From Bacteroidota bacterium (GTDB lineage Bacteria > Bacteroidota > Bacteroidia > Palsa-948), in contig JACRAM010000116.1 of the NCBI GenBank assembly GCA_016213405.1, positions 269 through 64,268 on the forward strand: 64,000 nt of DNA. The letters are read 5' to 3'. The position numbers and the translations under genes were made by a program. Below, in pieces: positions 1 through 11,903 of the stretch (the first letter of the stretch is position 1; each line of letters begins with the position of its first letter). The notes below the pieces were generated by a model. It saw nothing but the letters and a program-made list of their open reading frames with translations. It did not search any database and was not told where the DNA came from.

Positions 1-308
1 CCAAAGGAGAGAGGAATTGCACCCGGAGGCACTTCGGTATCCTTAATATTGCCATGAACCGCTTCATACTTTGAGATATTATCTTTCAGCGCTTTCATCA
101 GGCGTTTTGCATGCTGCGGAGTAAGAATGATGCGCGCTTTCACTTTCGCCTTGGGCACGCCCGGCATCACCTTAATAAAATCAAGCGCAAACTCAGAGTG
201 GGAGTGAGTGATGATGGCAAGGTTAGAATAAATTCCTTCCGCCACTTCTTCGCTCAGTTCAATGTTGAGTGCGTTGGGTTGATTGGTTGGGTTTTCTTTG
301 TTGTCCAT
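1..308 (-). CDS. DUF3467-family small protein; its C-terminus runs off the window edge (partial)
   Basis: Minus-strand translation gives MDNKENPTNQPNALNIELSEEVAEGIYSNLAIITHSHSEFALDFIKVMPGVPKAKVKARIILTPQHAKRLMKALKDNI..., typical of the DUF3467 gene found downstream of rpoC in Bacteroidota. This frame is not in the ORF track because it is open to the window edge. Confidence 0.55.
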   Translation of the reverse strand, partial: MDNKENPTNQPNALNIELSEEVAEGIYSNLAIITHSHSEFALDFIKVMPGVPKAKVKARIILTPQHAKRLMKALKDNISKYEAVHGNIKDTEVPPGAIPLSF

Positions 309-321
309 ATTGAAAAATTTA

Positions 322-390
322 GGATTAAGGATTTTGGATTAAGGATTTTAAATCCTAAATCGTAATTCCTTAATCCTTAATCTCTTTTTT
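322..390. terminator. Palindromic hairpin between the rpoC stop and the DUF3467 start; candidate attenuator or terminator
   Basis: ggattaagg at 322-330 pairs with ccttaatcc at 369-377. An inner stem aggatt/aatcct sits at 343-357. tctctttttt follows on the plus strand and aaattttt on the minus strand. Confidence 0.35.
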
Positions 391-3300
391 ATGCTTCCTG
401 TTTCTCTGTTTCTGCGTTTTCTGTTTTCGATGCCATCAGCCGGTCGAATTCTTCTTTGGAGCCAACAATTATCTTTTCGTATTCGCGCAATCCGGTTCCT
501 GCCGGAATCAAATGCCCGACAATGACGTTCTCTTTCAAACCGGAGAGGTCGTCCATTCTTCCTGCAATGGTTGCTTCGGAAAGAACTTTTGTTGTTTCCT
601 GAAACGATGCCGCAGAAATGAAACTGTTTGTCTGCAGCGATGCGCGCGTGATACCTTGCAGTATCGGGCGTGCAGTTGCCAACACGCAGTCACGCGCTTC
701 CACCACTTTCGCATCCTTGCGTTTGAGCGCTGAAATTTCATCGCGTAAATTGCGTGCTGAAACTATCATTCCTGCTTTCATGGTTTGTGAATCGCCTCCT
801 TCGGTAATTATTTTTGCTCCGAACAAACGATCGTTTTCATCCATGAAGTCGGCTCGGTTTGCAAATTGCTTTGGAAGGAAGATGGTATCACCTGCATCAT
901 CAATTTCTACTTTGCGCATCATCTGCCTTACAATTACTTCAAAGTGCTTGTCATTTATTTTTACACCCTGAAGGCGGTAAACTTCCTGAACTTCGTTCAC
1001 CAGATATTCCTGAACGGCAGTAGGTCCTTTAATGGCGAGAATATCAGCCGGAGCAGTGGAACCGTCTGTCAGTTGCTCGCCTGCTTTCACGAAATCATTT
1101 TCCTGAACAAGAATATGCTTTGAAAGCTGAACAAGATACTTTTTGATTTCCCCTGTTTTTGCTTCCACCTGCACTTCGCGGTTACCGCGTTTTATCTTTC
1201 CGAAGGTTACAATTCCGTCAATCTCAGCAACAACAGCAGGGCTGCTGGGGTTACGCGCCTCAAACAATTCTGTTACGCGCGGCAGACCACCGGTAATGTC
1301 GCCCGACTTTCCTGTAGTGCGCGGAATCTTAACAAGGATTTGTCCTGATTCAATTGCATCGCCTGCGTTCACCGAAATGTGAGCGCTTACGGGGATGTTG
1401 TATGATTTCAGTACTTCACCTTTTTTGTCAGTTACCTTGATGGTTGGGTTTTTTGTTTTGTCTTTGGTTTCTGTAATTACTTTTTCGCGGAAGCCCGTTT
1501 GTTCGTCAAACTCTTCACGGAAAGTAATTCCTTCTTCAATGTTTTCAAATTCAACTTTGCCCGGGAATTCAGAAATGATAACTGCATTGTATGGATCCCA
1601 GTCGCAGATAACGGTTCCTTTCTTCACCTTGTCGCCATTCTCAACATAGAGTTGAGCGCCATAAGGAATGTATCCGGTTGTGAGGGCTATTTTTGTGTGT
1701 GGATCAACAATTCTAAGTTCAGCTGAACGCACAATCACCACTTTCACTTTTTTACCGTCTGAATTTTTTCTGTCAACGGTTCTTAATTCATCAATCTCAA
1801 CAAGACCATCGTATTTGGTTTCAATCTGTGAGGATGACATTACGCCCAGTCCGGCTACACCGCCCACGTGGAAGGTTCGGAGTGTTAACTGAGTGCCGGG
1901 TTCACCAATGGATTGTGCGGCAATAACGCCTACGGCTTCTCCCTTCTGAACCATTCTTCCGGAAGAAAGATTTCGTCCGTAACATTTTGCGCAAGCGCCT
2001 AATTTGGCTTCGCAGGTAAGCACGGAACGGATTTCAACAGATTCTATAGGGGAATTTTCAATTTCAGCAGCGTAATCTTCAGTGATTTCTTCACCGCCTT
2101 TGATAATGAGTTTTCCGGTGAGCGGATGAACTACATCTGCAAGTGTTACGCGCCCGAGTATGCGGTCATACAACGGCTCAACCACTTCTTCGTTCTTTTT
2201 CAAAGGAGTTGCCAAAAGACCGCGCAATGTTCCGCAATCTTCAACAGTGATTATAACATCCTGCGCAACGTCAACCAAACGCCTTGTGAGGTATCCTGCA
2301 TCGGCTGTTTTCAGGGCAGTGTCGGCCAATCCTTTACGTGCACCGTGCGTTGAAATAAAGTATTCATGAATGGAAAGCCCTTCACGGAAGTTGGAGATAA
2401 CGGGGTTCTCAATAATTTCTCCACCGCCACCGCTTGATTTGGAAGGACGCGCCATCAGTCCACGCATTCCGCTGAGCTGGCGAATCTGTTCTTTAGAACC
2501 TCTTGCGCCCGAATCCAGCATCATGTAAATGGAATTAAAGCCCTGCTTGTCGTTAGAGAGTTTATCCATTACTTTTTTAGTGAGCTTTGAATTGGTATGC
2601 GTCCAGATATCAATAACCTGATTGTAACGCTCGTTGTTGGTGATGAAACCCTGATTATAATTTTCCACCACTTCTGCCACTTCTTTATATGCTTCGGCAA
2701 TTAGTTTTGGTTTGTCTTCAGAAACCATCACGTCATCCATGTTAAATGACAATCCGCCTTTGAATGCGTGCAGGTATCCGAGTTCTTTGATGTCATCAAG
2801 GAACTTGGCGGCTTTCGCTGTTCCGGCAACTTTCAAAACATCTCCGATAATATCACGCAGTATTTTTTTTGTCATGATGTCATTCAGGAAGCCCACTTCT
2901 TTCGGAGCCACCTGGTTAAACATCACTCTTCCAACAGTGGTTTCAATGATTTGCGTTACGAATTGTCCTTTTTCATTTTTCGCGTTGTCAACTTTTACTT
3001 TTATGTAAGCGTGCAAATCAACTTTGCCTTCGTTATAGGCAATGATTACTTCTTCAGGAGAGTAGAAAATGATTCCTTCTCCTTTCACTTTATGCTCTTT
3101 GCTGTTCTTTCTTCCTTTTGTCATGTAATACAATCCAAGCACCATGTCCTGTGAAGGAACGGCTACTGGAGCGCCATTGGCAGGGTTCAGAATGTTGTGA
3201 GAAGCGAGCATGAGAATTTGCGCTTCAAGAACAGCCGCATGGCTGAGCGGAACGTGCACTGCCATTTGGTCACCGTCAAAGTCGGCATTGAAGGCTGTAC

Positions 3301-4696
3301 AAACCAGCGGATGCAATTGAATTGCTTTTCCTTCAATCAATTTTGGCTGGAATGCCTGAATGCCTAATCGGTGCAGGGTAGGAGCACGGTTGAGAAGAAC
3401 GGGATGTCCTTTCATCATGTTTTCCAGAATATCCCATACAATTCCTTCTTTTCTATCTACAATTTTCTTTGCTGACTTAACTGTTTTCACCACTCCGCGC
3501 TCTAACAATTTGCGGATGATAAACGGTTTGAATAATTCCGCAGCCATATCTTTTGGAAGCCCGCACTCATGCAATTTTAATTCAGGTCCTACCACGATAA
3601 CGGAACGACCGGAATAGTCAACGCGTTTTCCGAGTAAGTTCTGACGGAAGCGACCTTGTTTTCCTTTCAAAGAATCTGAAAGAGATTTCAGCGGGCGGTT
3701 TGCATCTGTTTTCACTGCGCTTGCCTTGCGTGAATTATCAAAGAGAGAGTCAACCGATTCCTGTAACATACGCTTCTCATTGCGCAGAATTACTTCAGGC
3801 GCTTTGATTTCCAAAAGGCGTTTCAAACGATTGTTGCGGATGATAACCCTGCGGTATAAATCATTCAAATCAGAAGTTGCAAAACGGCCGCCATCCAAAG
3901 GCACCAGCGGGCGAAGTTCCGGTGGAATAACAGGCAGCGTTTTAATCACTGTCCACTCCGGTTTATTTTCCACACGCTTGTTTGCCTGGCGGAATGCTTC
4001 CACTACCTGCAGTCGCTTGAGCGCTTCGTTTTTCTTCTGCTGCGAAAGTTCTGTGTTGGCGGTGTTGCGAAGTGTGTAGGATAGCGCATCAAGATCTAAA
4101 CGGTTCATCAAATCAATAATCGCTTCTCCTCCCATCTTGGCAACAAATTTATTCGGGTCTTTGTCATCAAGGTGCTGATTGTCTTTCGGAAGCGAGTCAA
4201 GAACCTTGATGTATTCTTCTTCGCTGAGGAAGTCGAGGTATTTTACGGTATCGCTTGCTGCCGCGCCCGCATTTATCACCACATAACGCTCGTAATAAAT
4301 AATCATCTCCAGTTTTTTAGTAGGAAGCCCAAGCAGCGCGCCAATTTTATTCGGAAGGGAGCGGAAATACCAGATATGAATGACAGGAACAACGAGGTTG
4401 ATATGCCCCATGCGTTCTCTGCGAACTTTTTTTTCTGTTACCTCCACACCGCAGCGGTCGCAAACAATTCCTTTATAGCGGATGCGCTTGTATTTTCCGC
4501 AGTGGCATTCCCAATCCTTTACAGGACCAAAAATGCGTTCGCAAAACAGACCATCGCGCTCGGGCTTGTAAGTTCGGTAGTTGATTGTTTCCGGCTTTGT
4601 TACTTCACCGTGGCTCCACTCCAGAATCAGTTCCGGAGAAGCCAAAGAAATGGTAACCTTGGTGAAGTTGCTTTTGGGTTTGCTGCTTTTTTGCAT
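389..4696 (-). CDS. rpoC: DNA-directed RNA polymerase subunit beta'
   Basis: 1435 aa with the RpoC zinc-finger [23 protein letters not shown] and the catalytic [14 protein letters not shown] motif. Confidence 0.97.
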   Translation of the reverse strand: MQKSSKPKSNFTKVTISLASPELILEWSHGEVTKPETINYRTYKPERDGLFCERIFGPVKDWECHCGKYKRIRYKGIVCDRCGVEVTEKKVRRERMGHINLVVPVIHIWYFRSLPNKIGALLGLPTKKLEMIIYYERYVVINAGAAASDTVKYLDFLSEEEYIKVLDSLPKDNQHLDDKDPNKFVAKMGGEAIIDLMNRLDLDALSYTLRNTANTELSQQKKNEALKRLQVVEAFRQANKRVENKPEWTVIKTLPVIPPELRPLVPLDGGRFATSDLNDLYRRVIIRNNRLKRLLEIKAPEVILRNEKRMLQESVDSLFDNSRKASAVKTDANRPLKSLSDSLKGKQGRFRQNLLGKRVDYSGRSVIVVGPELKLHECGLPKDMAAELFKPFIIRKLLERGVVKTVKSAKKIVDRKEGIVWDILENMMKGHPVLLNRAPTLHRLGIQAFQPKLIEGKAIQLHPLVCTAFNADFDGDQMAVHVPLSHAAVLEAQILMLASHNILNPANGAPVAVPSQDMVLGLYYMTKGRKNSKEHKVKGEGIIFYSPEEVIIAYNEGKVDLHAYIKVKVDNAKNEKGQFVTQIIETTVGRVMFNQVAPKEVGFLNDIMTKKILRDIIGDVLKVAGTAKAAKFLDDIKELGYLHAFKGGLSFNMDDVMVSEDKPKLIAEAYKEVAEVVENYNQGFITNNERYNQVIDIWTHTNSKLTKKVMDKLSNDKQGFNSIYMMLDSGARGSKEQIRQLSGMRGLMARPSKSSGGGGEIIENPVISNFREGLSIHEYFISTHGARKGLADTALKTADAGYLTRRLVDVAQDVIITVEDCGTLRGLLATPLKKNEEVVEPLYDRILGRVTLADVVHPLTGKLIIKGGEEITEDYAAEIENSPIESVEIRSVLTCEAKLGACAKCYGRNLSSGRMVQKGEAVGVIAAQSIGEPGTQLTLRTFHVGGVAGLGVMSSSQIETKYDGLVEIDELRTVDRKNSDGKKVKVVIVRSAELRIVDPHTKIALTTGYIPYGAQLYVENGDKVKKGTVICDWDPYNAVIISEFPGKVEFENIEEGITFREEFDEQTGFREKVITETKDKTKNPTIKVTDKKGEVLKSYNIPVSAHISVNAGDAIESGQILVKIPRTTGKSGDITGGLPRVTELFEARNPSSPAVVAEIDGIVTFGKIKRGNREVQVEAKTGEIKKYLVQLSKHILVQENDFVKAGEQLTDGSTAPADILAIKGPTAVQEYLVNEVQEVYRLQGVKINDKHFEVIVRQMMRKVEIDDAGDTIFLPKQFANRADFMDENDRLFGAKIITEGGDSQTMKAGMIVSARNLRDEISALKRKDAKVVEARDCVLATARPILQGITRASLQTNSFISAASFQETTKVLSEATIAGRMDDLSGLKENVIVGHLIPAGTGLREYEKIIVGSKEEFDRLMASKTENAETEKQEA

Positions 4697-4755
4697 ATAG
4701 GTTATGTCAGTTGTTCGTTGTTAGTTGATAGTTGTTCGTCATTAATTGTTGAACA

Positions 4756-4860
4756 GATGCCTCATCTAAAGGAGAAGATGCCTTATCTAAAGGACAAGAT
4801 GCCTCATCTAAAGGAGAAGATGCCTCATCTAAAGGACAAGATGTCACATCTTCTCCATCT
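4756..4860. repeat. Tandem 21-bp repeat in the rpoB-rpoC spacer, four units plus one degenerate unit
   Basis: Units gatgcctcatctaaaggagaa / gatgccttatctaaaggacaa / gatgcctcatctaaaggagaa / gatgcctcatctaaaggacaa / gatgtcacatcttctccatct. Confidence 0.9.
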
Positions 4861-4906
4861 ATTGCCTGAATTTCATATAAAAATGCCATATCTTAATTTT
4901 TAATCC

Positions 4907-7900
4907 TTAATCATGCAGCGCAAGGTTCAACCCTAATCCGCGCAACTCATGCATCAATACGTTGAATGATTCAGGAATTCCGGGAATAGGGAGGTTATCT
5001 CCTTTCACAATTGCTTCGTATGTTTTTGTTCTTCCCGACACATCATCTGATTTCACAGTGAGGATTTCCTGCAGGATGTGCGCAGCGCCAAATGCTTCGA
5101 GCGCCCACACTTCCATCTCACCAAACCGTTGCCCGCCAAACTGCGCCTTACCTCCCAATGGTTGTTGTGTGATAAGTGAATAAGGTCCGATAGAACGCGC
5201 GTGCATTTTGTCATCCACCATGTGATGGAGTTTGAGAATATAAATCACGCCAACGGTTGCGGGCTGGTCAAAACGAATGCCTGATTGCCCGTCATGCAAA
5301 TATGTTTTTCCATTGCGGGGCAATCCTGCCTGATCCGTGTAAGAATTTATTTCGTCAATAGAAGCTCCGTCAAAAATAGGCGTGGAGAACTTCATATCAA
5401 GTTTCTGCCCTGCCCATCCGAGCACGGTTTCGTAAATCTGCCCCAGATTCATACGCGAAGGCACGCCAAGCGGATTGAGCACCACATCAACAGGTGTTCC
5501 GTCTTCAAGGTAGGGCATATCTTCATCGCGCACAATTCTGGCAACAATGCCTTTATTACCGTGGCGCCCTGCCATTTTATCTCCTACTTTGAGTTTGCGC
5601 TTTTGTGTGATATAAACTTTTGCGAGCTGAATGATTCCGGCTGGTAATTCATCGCCCACCTGCACAGCAAATTTTCTGCGCTTGTGCTCGCCAAGGATTT
5701 CGTTGTACTTCACTCTGTAATTATGAAGAATCTCATATACCTGTTCATTCACTTCTTTGTTGGTTGTCCATTTATATGGATTAACTTCTGTGTAATCGTC
5801 AACCTTATTCAAAAGTTTTTCAGTGAACTTTGTTCCGCGGTCAATCAATTCTTCTTTCAGGTAATTGTAAACTCCCTGAGAAGATTTTCCTCCAACAAGT
5901 TTCATAAGTTTTCCTACCAGCATTAATTTCAACTCAGCAAACTTGTGGTTGAACTCCTTGTCAATCTTATCAAGCACATCTTTCTCGTCTGATTTCGCTT
6001 TTTTGTCTTTAACCAAACGGGAGAATAGTTTTGTTTCCATCACCATTCCGTAAGTGGACGAAGGCATTCTGAGTGAAGCGTCTTTCACATCTCCGGCTTT
6101 GTCGCCAAAGATGGCACGGAGAAGTTTTTCTTCGGGCGAAGGATCAGTTTCTCCCTTTGGAGTTATTTTTCCGATGAGGATATCGCCTTCTTTCACTTCG
6201 CAGCCCACGCGGATGATTCCGCGCTCGTCAAGATTTTTTGTGGCTTCTTCGCTCACGTTCGGAATATCAGAAGTGAGTTCTTCCATGCCGCGTTTTGTTT
6301 CGCGCACTTCCAGCGAATATTCATCCACATGAATGGAGGTGAAAATATCTTCGCGGACAATCCGTTCAGAAATTACAATGGCATCCTCAAAGTTATATCC
6401 TTTCCAGGGCATGAAAGCAACGGTGAGGTTTCTTCCGAGCGCAAGTTCTCCATCCTGGGTTCCGTAACCTTCGCTCAGTATTTGTCCTTTCTTCACCTTG
6501 TCTCCTAATCGGACAACAGGTCGGAGATTCACGCAAGTGCTTTGATTTGTTTTGCGGAACTTTATAATATTATATGTTCTGATATCGTCTTCGAAGCTCA
6601 ACAGTTTTTCATCTTCATCACGTGTATAACGAATGGTGACTTCTTTCGCGTCAACATATTCTACCACGCCATCATATTCTGCGGTGAGGATTGAGCGCGA
6701 GTCCATTGCAACTTTTCTTTCGAGTCCTGTTCCGATAATCGGTGCCTCAGGGCGGAGAAGCGGAACTGCCTGGCGCATCATGTTAGAACCCATCAGCGCG
6801 CGGTTGGCGTCATCGTGCTCAAGAAACGGAATGAGTGAGGCAGCAATAGAAGCAATCTGGTTGGGCGCAACGTCCATCAGATTCACTTTGTCAGGATCAA
6901 CAAGCGGATAGTTTCCTTCGAAACGGGTTTTTACTTTTCCTTCTTTGATTTTTCCTTTCTCGTCCATTTCGATCATGGACTGAGCAATTGCTTTTTCGTC
7001 TTCTTCTTCAGCAGTCAGATAAATAATCGGCTTGTTTAAATCAGCTCTTCCATCTGTAACTGTTCGGTATGGAGTTTCGATAAATCCAAGTTTGTTAATC
7101 TTCGCATAAACACAGAGAGAAGAAATCAAACCGATGTTCGGACCTTCTGGAGTTTCAATAGTGCAGAGGCGTCCATAGTGAGTATAGTGTACGTCACGAA
7201 CCTCGAAGCCCGCGCGCTCTCTTGACAGACCTCCCGGACCAAGAGCCGATAATCTGCGCTTGTGTGTAATCTCAGCCAGCGGATTTGTCTGATCCATGAA
7301 CTGAGAGAGCTGGTTTGTTCCGAAGAATGAATTGATAACTGACGAAAGTGTTTTCGCGTTAATCAAATCAATCGGTGTGAACACCTCGTTGTCGCGAACG
7401 TTCATCCGCTCGCGGATGGTACGCGCCATACGGGCAAGACCCACTCCAAACTGAGATGACAACTGCTCGCCAACTGTTCGTACTCGCCTGTTGCTCAGGT
7501 GGTCAATATCATCTACGTTTACTTTCAAATTGATAAGTTGAATCAAAAACTTGATGATTGCAACCATGTCTTCTTTTGTAAGCACGCGAACGGTTGGAGG
7601 AATTTCCAGATTCAATTTTTTGTTAAGGCGGTAACGACCTACTTCTCCTAAATCATAACGTTTGTCGGAGAAGAAGAGTCTTTCAATAACCGCTTTTGCT
7701 GTTTCTTCATCCGGTGGTTCTGCATTGCGGAGCAAGCGGTAAATATATTCTACCGCTTCTTTTTCAGAATTGGTCGGATCTTTCTGAAGCGTGTTGTAAA
7801 TAATAGTGTAATCGCTGAACTCTTTGTCTTCTTTATGAAGAATAATTGTTTTCACATTGGCGTTGATAATCGTTTCAATGTGCTCTTCAGAAATAATAGT

Positions 7901-8722
7901 TTCGCGCTCAATTAATATTTCGTTACGCTCAATGGAAACAACTTCACCGGTATCTTCATCCACAAAATCTTCAACCCATGTTTTCAGAACACGTGCGGCT
8001 AATTTTCGTCCAACCGCTTTTTTGAGAGAAGGTTTGTTGACTGTGATTTCATCTGCGAGATTAAAGAGTTCAAGAATCTGCTTATCGTTTTCAAATCCTA
8101 TCGCGCGAAGCATGGTGGTAACTGGGAGTTTTTTCTTTCTGTCAATGTACGCGTACATCACGTTATTAATGTCTGTGGCGAATTCAATCCACGCTCCTTT
8201 GAAAGGGATAACGCGGGCAGAGTAGAGGCGGCTTCCATTCGGGTGGCGGTTCTGTCCGAAGAAAACTCCGGGCGAACGATGAAGTTGTGATACAATAACA
8301 CGCTCAGCACCGTTGACAATGAAACTTCCTTTCGGAGTCATGTACGGAATGGTTCCTAGATACACATCCTGAATAACTGTTTTGAAGTCTTCGTGTTCAG
8401 GATCGGTGCACGAAAGGCGGAGGCGCGCTTTCAGCGGAACATTATAGGTTAAACCTCTTTCAAGACATTCATCAATGGAATATCTTGTTGGGTCCACATA
8501 GTAATCAAGAAACTCTAACACGAAATTATTTCGTGCATCGGAGATTGGAAAGTTTTCGGAGAAAACTTTGAAGAGCCCTTCGTTTTTCCTGTTTTCAGGA
8601 GTGGTATCCACTTGCATGAATTCCTTGAAGGACTTTACCTGGATTTCGAGAAAGTCAGGATAATCAATCTGATGTTTTGAGCTGGCGAAATTTATGCGGG
8701 GGTTTTTCTTTGGTGCTGCCAT
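4907..8722 (-). CDS. rpoB: DNA-directed RNA polymerase subunit beta
   Basis: 1271 aa with conserved RpoB blocks ([23 protein letters not shown] etc.). Confidence 0.97.
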   Translation of the reverse strand: MAAPKKNPRINFASSKHQIDYPDFLEIQVKSFKEFMQVDTTPENRKNEGLFKVFSENFPISDARNNFVLEFLDYYVDPTRYSIDECLERGLTYNVPLKARLRLSCTDPEHEDFKTVIQDVYLGTIPYMTPKGSFIVNGAERVIVSQLHRSPGVFFGQNRHPNGSRLYSARVIPFKGAWIEFATDINNVMYAYIDRKKKLPVTTMLRAIGFENDKQILELFNLADEITVNKPSLKKAVGRKLAARVLKTWVEDFVDEDTGEVVSIERNEILIERETIISEEHIETIINANVKTIILHKEDKEFSDYTIIYNTLQKDPTNSEKEAVEYIYRLLRNAEPPDEETAKAVIERLFFSDKRYDLGEVGRYRLNKKLNLEIPPTVRVLTKEDMVAIIKFLIQLINLKVNVDDIDHLSNRRVRTVGEQLSSQFGVGLARMARTIRERMNVRDNEVFTPIDLINAKTLSSVINSFFGTNQLSQFMDQTNPLAEITHKRRLSALGPGGLSRERAGFEVRDVHYTHYGRLCTIETPEGPNIGLISSLCVYAKINKLGFIETPYRTVTDGRADLNKPIIYLTAEEEDEKAIAQSMIEMDEKGKIKEGKVKTRFEGNYPLVDPDKVNLMDVAPNQIASIAASLIPFLEHDDANRALMGSNMMRQAVPLLRPEAPIIGTGLERKVAMDSRSILTAEYDGVVEYVDAKEVTIRYTRDEDEKLLSFEDDIRTYNIIKFRKTNQSTCVNLRPVVRLGDKVKKGQILSEGYGTQDGELALGRNLTVAFMPWKGYNFEDAIVISERIVREDIFTSIHVDEYSLEVRETKRGMEELTSDIPNVSEEATKNLDERGIIRVGCEVKEGDILIGKITPKGETDPSPEEKLLRAIFGDKAGDVKDASLRMPSSTYGMVMETKLFSRLVKDKKAKSDEKDVLDKIDKEFNHKFAELKLMLVGKLMKLVGGKSSQGVYNYLKEELIDRGTKFTEKLLNKVDDYTEVNPYKWTTNKEVNEQVYEILHNYRVKYNEILGEHKRRKFAVQVGDELPAGIIQLAKVYITQKRKLKVGDKMAGRHGNKGIVARIVRDEDMPYLEDGTPVDVVLNPLGVPSRMNLGQIYETVLGWAGQKLDMKFSTPIFDGASIDEINSYTDQAGLPRNGKTYLHDGQSGIRFDQPATVGVIYILKLHHMVDDKMHARSIGPYSLITQQPLGGKAQFGGQRFGEMEVWALEAFGAAHILQEILTVKSDDVSGRTKTYEAIVKGDNLPIPGIPESFNVLMHELRGLGLNLALHD

Positions 8723-8813
8723 AAAACGGATTTCAATTTACTGTTTACGGTTTTAAATTTGATTTTCTGAAGATAAAACCTCAGAAAAATAAATACAATA
8801 TAAACACAAATGC

Positions 8814-8838
8814 CCCGTCCCGATTTATCGGGACGGGG
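8814..8838 (-). terminator. rplL-rpoB intergenic hairpin (attenuator or partial terminator)
   Basis: Stem ccccgtcccga / tcgggacgggg, loop ttta. A T-rich tract follows on the minus strand. The rplL-rpoB attenuator position is conserved. Confidence 0.5.
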
Positions 8839-8859
8839 TTTGCAAATATCTATAAGAAC

Positions 8860-9222
8860 TTACTTAACTTCAACTTCTGCTCCTGCTTCGGTCAATTGTT
8901 TTTTCAATGACTCAGCATCTTCTTTCGAGATACCTTCTTTAAGAGGTTTTGGCGCAGCGTCAACAAGATCTTTTGCTTCTTTAAGTCCTAATCCTGTAAG
9001 TTCTTTTACAAGTTTTACAACTTGAAGTTTGGCTTGTCCTCCGCTTTTGAGAATAACATCAAAAGTTGTTTTTTCAGCAGCTACTGCTCCGGCAGCTACA
9101 GGTGCTGCAGCGGCAGCAGCAGGCTCAATACCATACTCGTCCTTAAGTATTTTCGCCAATTCATTTACGTCTTTTACAGTCAAGTTAACTAACTGTTCTG
9201 CAAGTTGCTTTAATTCGGCCAT
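8860..9222 (-). CDS. rplL: 50S ribosomal protein L7/L12
   Basis: 120 aa; alanine-rich hinge [15 protein letters not shown] and a C-terminal domain typical of L7/L12. Confidence 0.95.
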   Translation of the reverse strand: MAELKQLAEQLVNLTVKDVNELAKILKDEYGIEPAAAAAAPVAAGAVAAEKTTFDVILKSGGQAKLQVVKLVKELTGLGLKEAKDLVDAAPKPLKEGISKEDAESLKKQLTEAGAEVEVK

Positions 9223-9268
9223 CGTGTGTGTGTATTATAGTTGATTTATTTATTGCTTTTCTTTCGTA

Positions 9269-9781
9269 TTAATTTTGAGCAGGAGCAGTTTCTTCTCCTG
9301 ATTTTTTATTGAGTAATCCGCCAATGATTGTTCTTATAGGAGACTGGAGCAATCCAATAATTTCTCCAATCATTTCATTCTTACTCTTGATGCCTGCAAG
9401 CGTTTCTAATTGGTTGTGTCCGATATAAACTGATTCTTCTACCCAAGCGGATTTAAGAGTTGGTTTATTTCCACCACCAATTCTAAACTCCTTCATAATC
9501 TTTGCAGGTGCATTTGCAACTGCAGAAAACATGATGGCAGTAGTTCCTTTCAATGTATCATGAAATGGTTCATAAATAGGATTGCCTGTTTTTTCCATGG
9601 CTTTGCTAAGAAGAGTATTCTTAACTACAAGAATCTTGACATCTTTTTCAAAACACATGCGTCTTAACTTGCTTGTCTTCTCCACAGTAAGTCCGGAAGT
9701 ATCTGTGAGATAGAAGTGCGTGTTCTCTTTCAACATAGTGGAGAGAGAATCTATCATCTTATTTTTTTCTTGTTTGTTCAT
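9269..9781 (-). CDS. rplJ: 50S ribosomal protein L10
   Basis: 170 aa; sits between rplA and rplL in the conserved operon; L10-like sequence. Confidence 0.9.
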   Translation of the reverse strand: MNKQEKNKMIDSLSTMLKENTHFYLTDTSGLTVEKTSKLRRMCFEKDVKILVVKNTLLSKAMEKTGNPIYEPFHDTLKGTTAIMFSAVANAPAKIMKEFRIGGGNKPTLKSAWVEESVYIGHNQLETLAGIKSKNEMIGEIIGLLQSPIRTIIGGLLNKKSGEETAPAQN

Positions 9782-9792
9782 CTTTAAAATTA

Positions 9793-10482
9793 TTAGCCGA
9801 CAATTTTCGAATCAATCTTAACGCCAGGGCTCATCGTGCTGGACATTACGATACTCCTTATATATGTTCCTTTGGAAGCAGCCGGTTTTAATTTTGCAAT
9901 TGTCTGAAGTAATTCGTTTGCGTTATCAGCAATTTTATCCGCATCAAACGAAACTTTTCCGATGGAAGCATGAACGATTCCCTGTTTGTCAGCTTTAAAA
10001 TCAATCTTGCCTGCTTTCACTTCTTTTACCGCTTTTCCAACTTCCATGGTCACTGTTCCTGATTTTGGGTTAGGCATGAGTCCGCGGGGTCCGAGAACTT
10101 TTCCAAGCGCACCTACTTTTCCCATTACAGCGGGTGTGCAAACAATTACGTCAATGTCTGTCCATCCGTTTTTTATTTTTTCTACATATTCATCCAGTCC
10201 AACGTGATCAGCGCCTGCTGCTTTTGCTTCCGCATCTTTATCAGGAGTGCAAAGAACAAGCACGCGAACTGATTTTCCGATACCGTGAGGCATTGCCACT
10301 GTTCCGCGAACGATCTGCCCTTTTGCGGTGTCAATGCCTAAACGAACGCTGATGTCAACAGAAGCATCAAACTTGGTAGTGGTTACTTCTTTAACGATAT
10401 TAGCCGCATCGCGAAGGTTATACACCTTTGTTGCATCAAACTTGTCGATAATCGCTTTTCTTTTTTTGGTCAACTTTGCCAT
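9793..10482 (-). CDS. rplA: 50S ribosomal protein L1 (start taken at the internal Met, MAKLTKKRK)
   Basis: L1 family sequence. The track ORF extends 10 codons further upstream and would overlap rplK; the internal ATG at 10482 matches canonical L1 N-termini. Confidence 0.9.
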   Translation of the reverse strand: MAKLTKKRKAIIDKFDATKVYNLRDAANIVKEVTTTKFDASVDISVRLGIDTAKGQIVRGTVAMPHGIGKSVRVLVLCTPDKDAEAKAAGADHVGLDEYVEKIKNGWTDIDVIVCTPAVMGKVGALGKVLGPRGLMPNPKSGTVTMEVGKAVKEVKAGKIDFKADKQGIVHASIGKVSFDADKIADNANELLQTIAKLKPAASKGTYIRSIVMSSTMSPGVKIDSKIVG

Positions 10483-10495
10483 TTTATTTTCAATT

Positions 10496-10927
10496 TTATT
10501 TCTTTCCTTCAACGTTGATTCCCATACTGCGCGCTTGTCCGGCTACCATGCTCATGGCAGATTCCAGCTTGAAACAATTCATGTCAACCATTTTATCTTC
10601 CGCAATTGCTTTGATCTGCGCTAAGGTAATGGTGCCCATCTTTTTTCTATTAGGTTCTCCGGAACCACTTTCAATTTTCATAGCCTCTTTTAACTGCGCT
10701 GCAACAGGAGGTCTTTTAAGGATGAACTCAAAAGTTTTATCTTTATAAACAGTAATAATCGCAGGGATCATTTTATTTCCCAGTTCTTTTGTGCGGGCAT
10801 TGAACTGCTTACAGAACTCCATGATGTTAACACCCTTCGCACCGAGCGCAGGACCGATGGGAGGCGCAGGGTTTGCAGATCCTGCTTTAATTACCAGTTT
10901 TACTAATGCGCCAACTTCTTTTGCCAT
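10496..10927 (-). CDS. rplK: 50S ribosomal protein L11
   Basis: 143 aa; [43 protein letters not shown] is canonical L11. Confidence 0.95.
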   Translation of the reverse strand: MAKEVGALVKLVIKAGSANPAPPIGPALGAKGVNIMEFCKQFNARTKELGNKMIPAIITVYKDKTFEFILKRPPVAAQLKEAMKIESGSGEPNRKKMGTITLAQIKAIAEDKMVDMNCFKLESAMSMVAGQARSMGINVEGKK

Positions 10928-10942
10928 TGTTCAAAAAATAAA

Positions 10943-11536
10943 TTATTGTTTTTCTACTTGCATGTAACTGAGTTCAAGTGGAGTTTTACGTCCGAAAATC
11001 TTAACAGTTACTTTTAGTTTTTTCTTTTCTTCTATTACTTCTTCAATTGTTCCGGTGAATGTGTTGAACGGGCCGTCAATTATTTTTACCGTATCACCCA
11101 CATAAAACGGAATATTTATTTTTTCAGTTGTCTCAGCCAATTCATCCACTTTTCCGAGGATGCGGTTCACTTCCGAAAGGCGAAGCGGTGTGGCTTCCCC
11201 GTTTTTGCTTCCGAGAAAACCTAAAACACCAGGTACGTTTCTAATTGTATGCGGAACTTCTCCAGAAAGGGTTGCTTCTACCAGAATATATCCGGGAAAA
11301 AAATTTCTTTCTTTGCTTACCTTTTTTCCTGCGCGAATCTGAAATACTTTTTCTGTCGGAATCAAAACCTGAGAAACGAATTTGGTAAGTTTCATGCGCT
11401 TGATTTCCGCTTCAATGCTTTGCTTGATCTTTTTTTCCTTTCCGCTGATAGCGCGAACTACAAACCAACGCTTATCATCAGCAGGTTTAGGAGAATTTGT
11501 AATTTTCACTTCTTGATGTTCGGCAGTTGTTGTCAT
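10943..11536 (-). CDS. nusG: Transcription termination/antitermination factor NusG
   Basis: 197 aa; NGN domain and KOW motif VGDTVKIIDGPFNTFTGTIEEV. Confidence 0.93.
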   Translation of the reverse strand: MTTTAEHQEVKITNSPKPADDKRWFVVRAISGKEKKIKQSIEAEIKRMKLTKFVSQVLIPTEKVFQIRAGKKVSKERNFFPGYILVEATLSGEVPHTIRNVPGVLGFLGSKNGEATPLRLSEVNRILGKVDELAETTEKINIPFYVGDTVKIIDGPFNTFTGTIEEVIEEKKKLKVTVKIFGRKTPLELSYMQVEKQ

Positions 11537-11539
11537 TGA

Positions 11540-11734
11540 TTAACTAAAAAAATTATAAATCATTTCCATTATAAATTTAAAAGCAACATCCATCCCATAT
11601 ACAAGCAATGCAGTTATCAATGTTGCAATCATAACAATCACTGCACTGCCCTGAAGTTCTTTCCAAGCGGGCCAGGAAACTTTTGTAGCCAATTCGCTGT
11701 ACGTATCATTTATATATGCTTTTACTTTATTCAT
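11540..11734 (-). CDS. secE: Preprotein translocase subunit SecE
   Basis: About 64 aa with a single TM helix (AVIVMIATLITALLVYGMDVAF), in the conserved position upstream of nusG. Confidence 0.8.
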   Translation of the reverse strand: MNKVKAYINDTYSELATKVSWPAWKELQGSAVIVMIATLITALLVYGMDVAFKFIMEMIYNFFS

Positions 11735-11749
11735 CTTCCTTATTATATG

Positions 11750-11822
11750 CACAGGTGGAGAGGGTCGAACTCCCAGCCTGCGGTTTTGGAGACCGCTGCT
11801 CTACCAATTGAGCTACACCTGT
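11750..11822 (-). tRNA. tRNA-Trp (anticodon CCA)
   Basis: Manual fold: acceptor ACAGGTG/CACCTGT, D-arm GCTC-AATTGGTA-GAGC, anticodon loop CTCCAAA, T-arm GGGAG-TTCGACC-CTCTC. Resembles E. coli tRNA-Trp. Confidence 0.85.
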
Positions 11823-11903
11823 TTCTCAGTTGGGAGTCAGTAGTCAGGAGTTTGGAGAGGTGAGATATGAAGTTTCTCCCAACTCCTAACTCCATACTCC
11901 AAA

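Noticed and set aside
111-365. Plus-strand 84-aa ORF at the window start
   Set aside because: It lies antisense to a much better DUF3467-like reading frame on the minus strand and has no recognisable features.
4172-4903. Plus-strand 243-aa ORF and minus-strand 60-aa ORF running through the rpoB-rpoC spacer repeats (MPHLKEKMPYLKDK...)
   Set aside because: The ORFs exist only because the 21-bp (7-codon) tandem repeat keeps frames open. They are antisense to or overlap rpoC and are implausible as genes.
512-8225. Numerous 60-130-aa ORFs on the plus strand inside rpoC and rpoB
   Set aside because: They are antisense shadows of long conserved genes, and their compositions are Ser/Cys-rich as is typical of non-coding frames.
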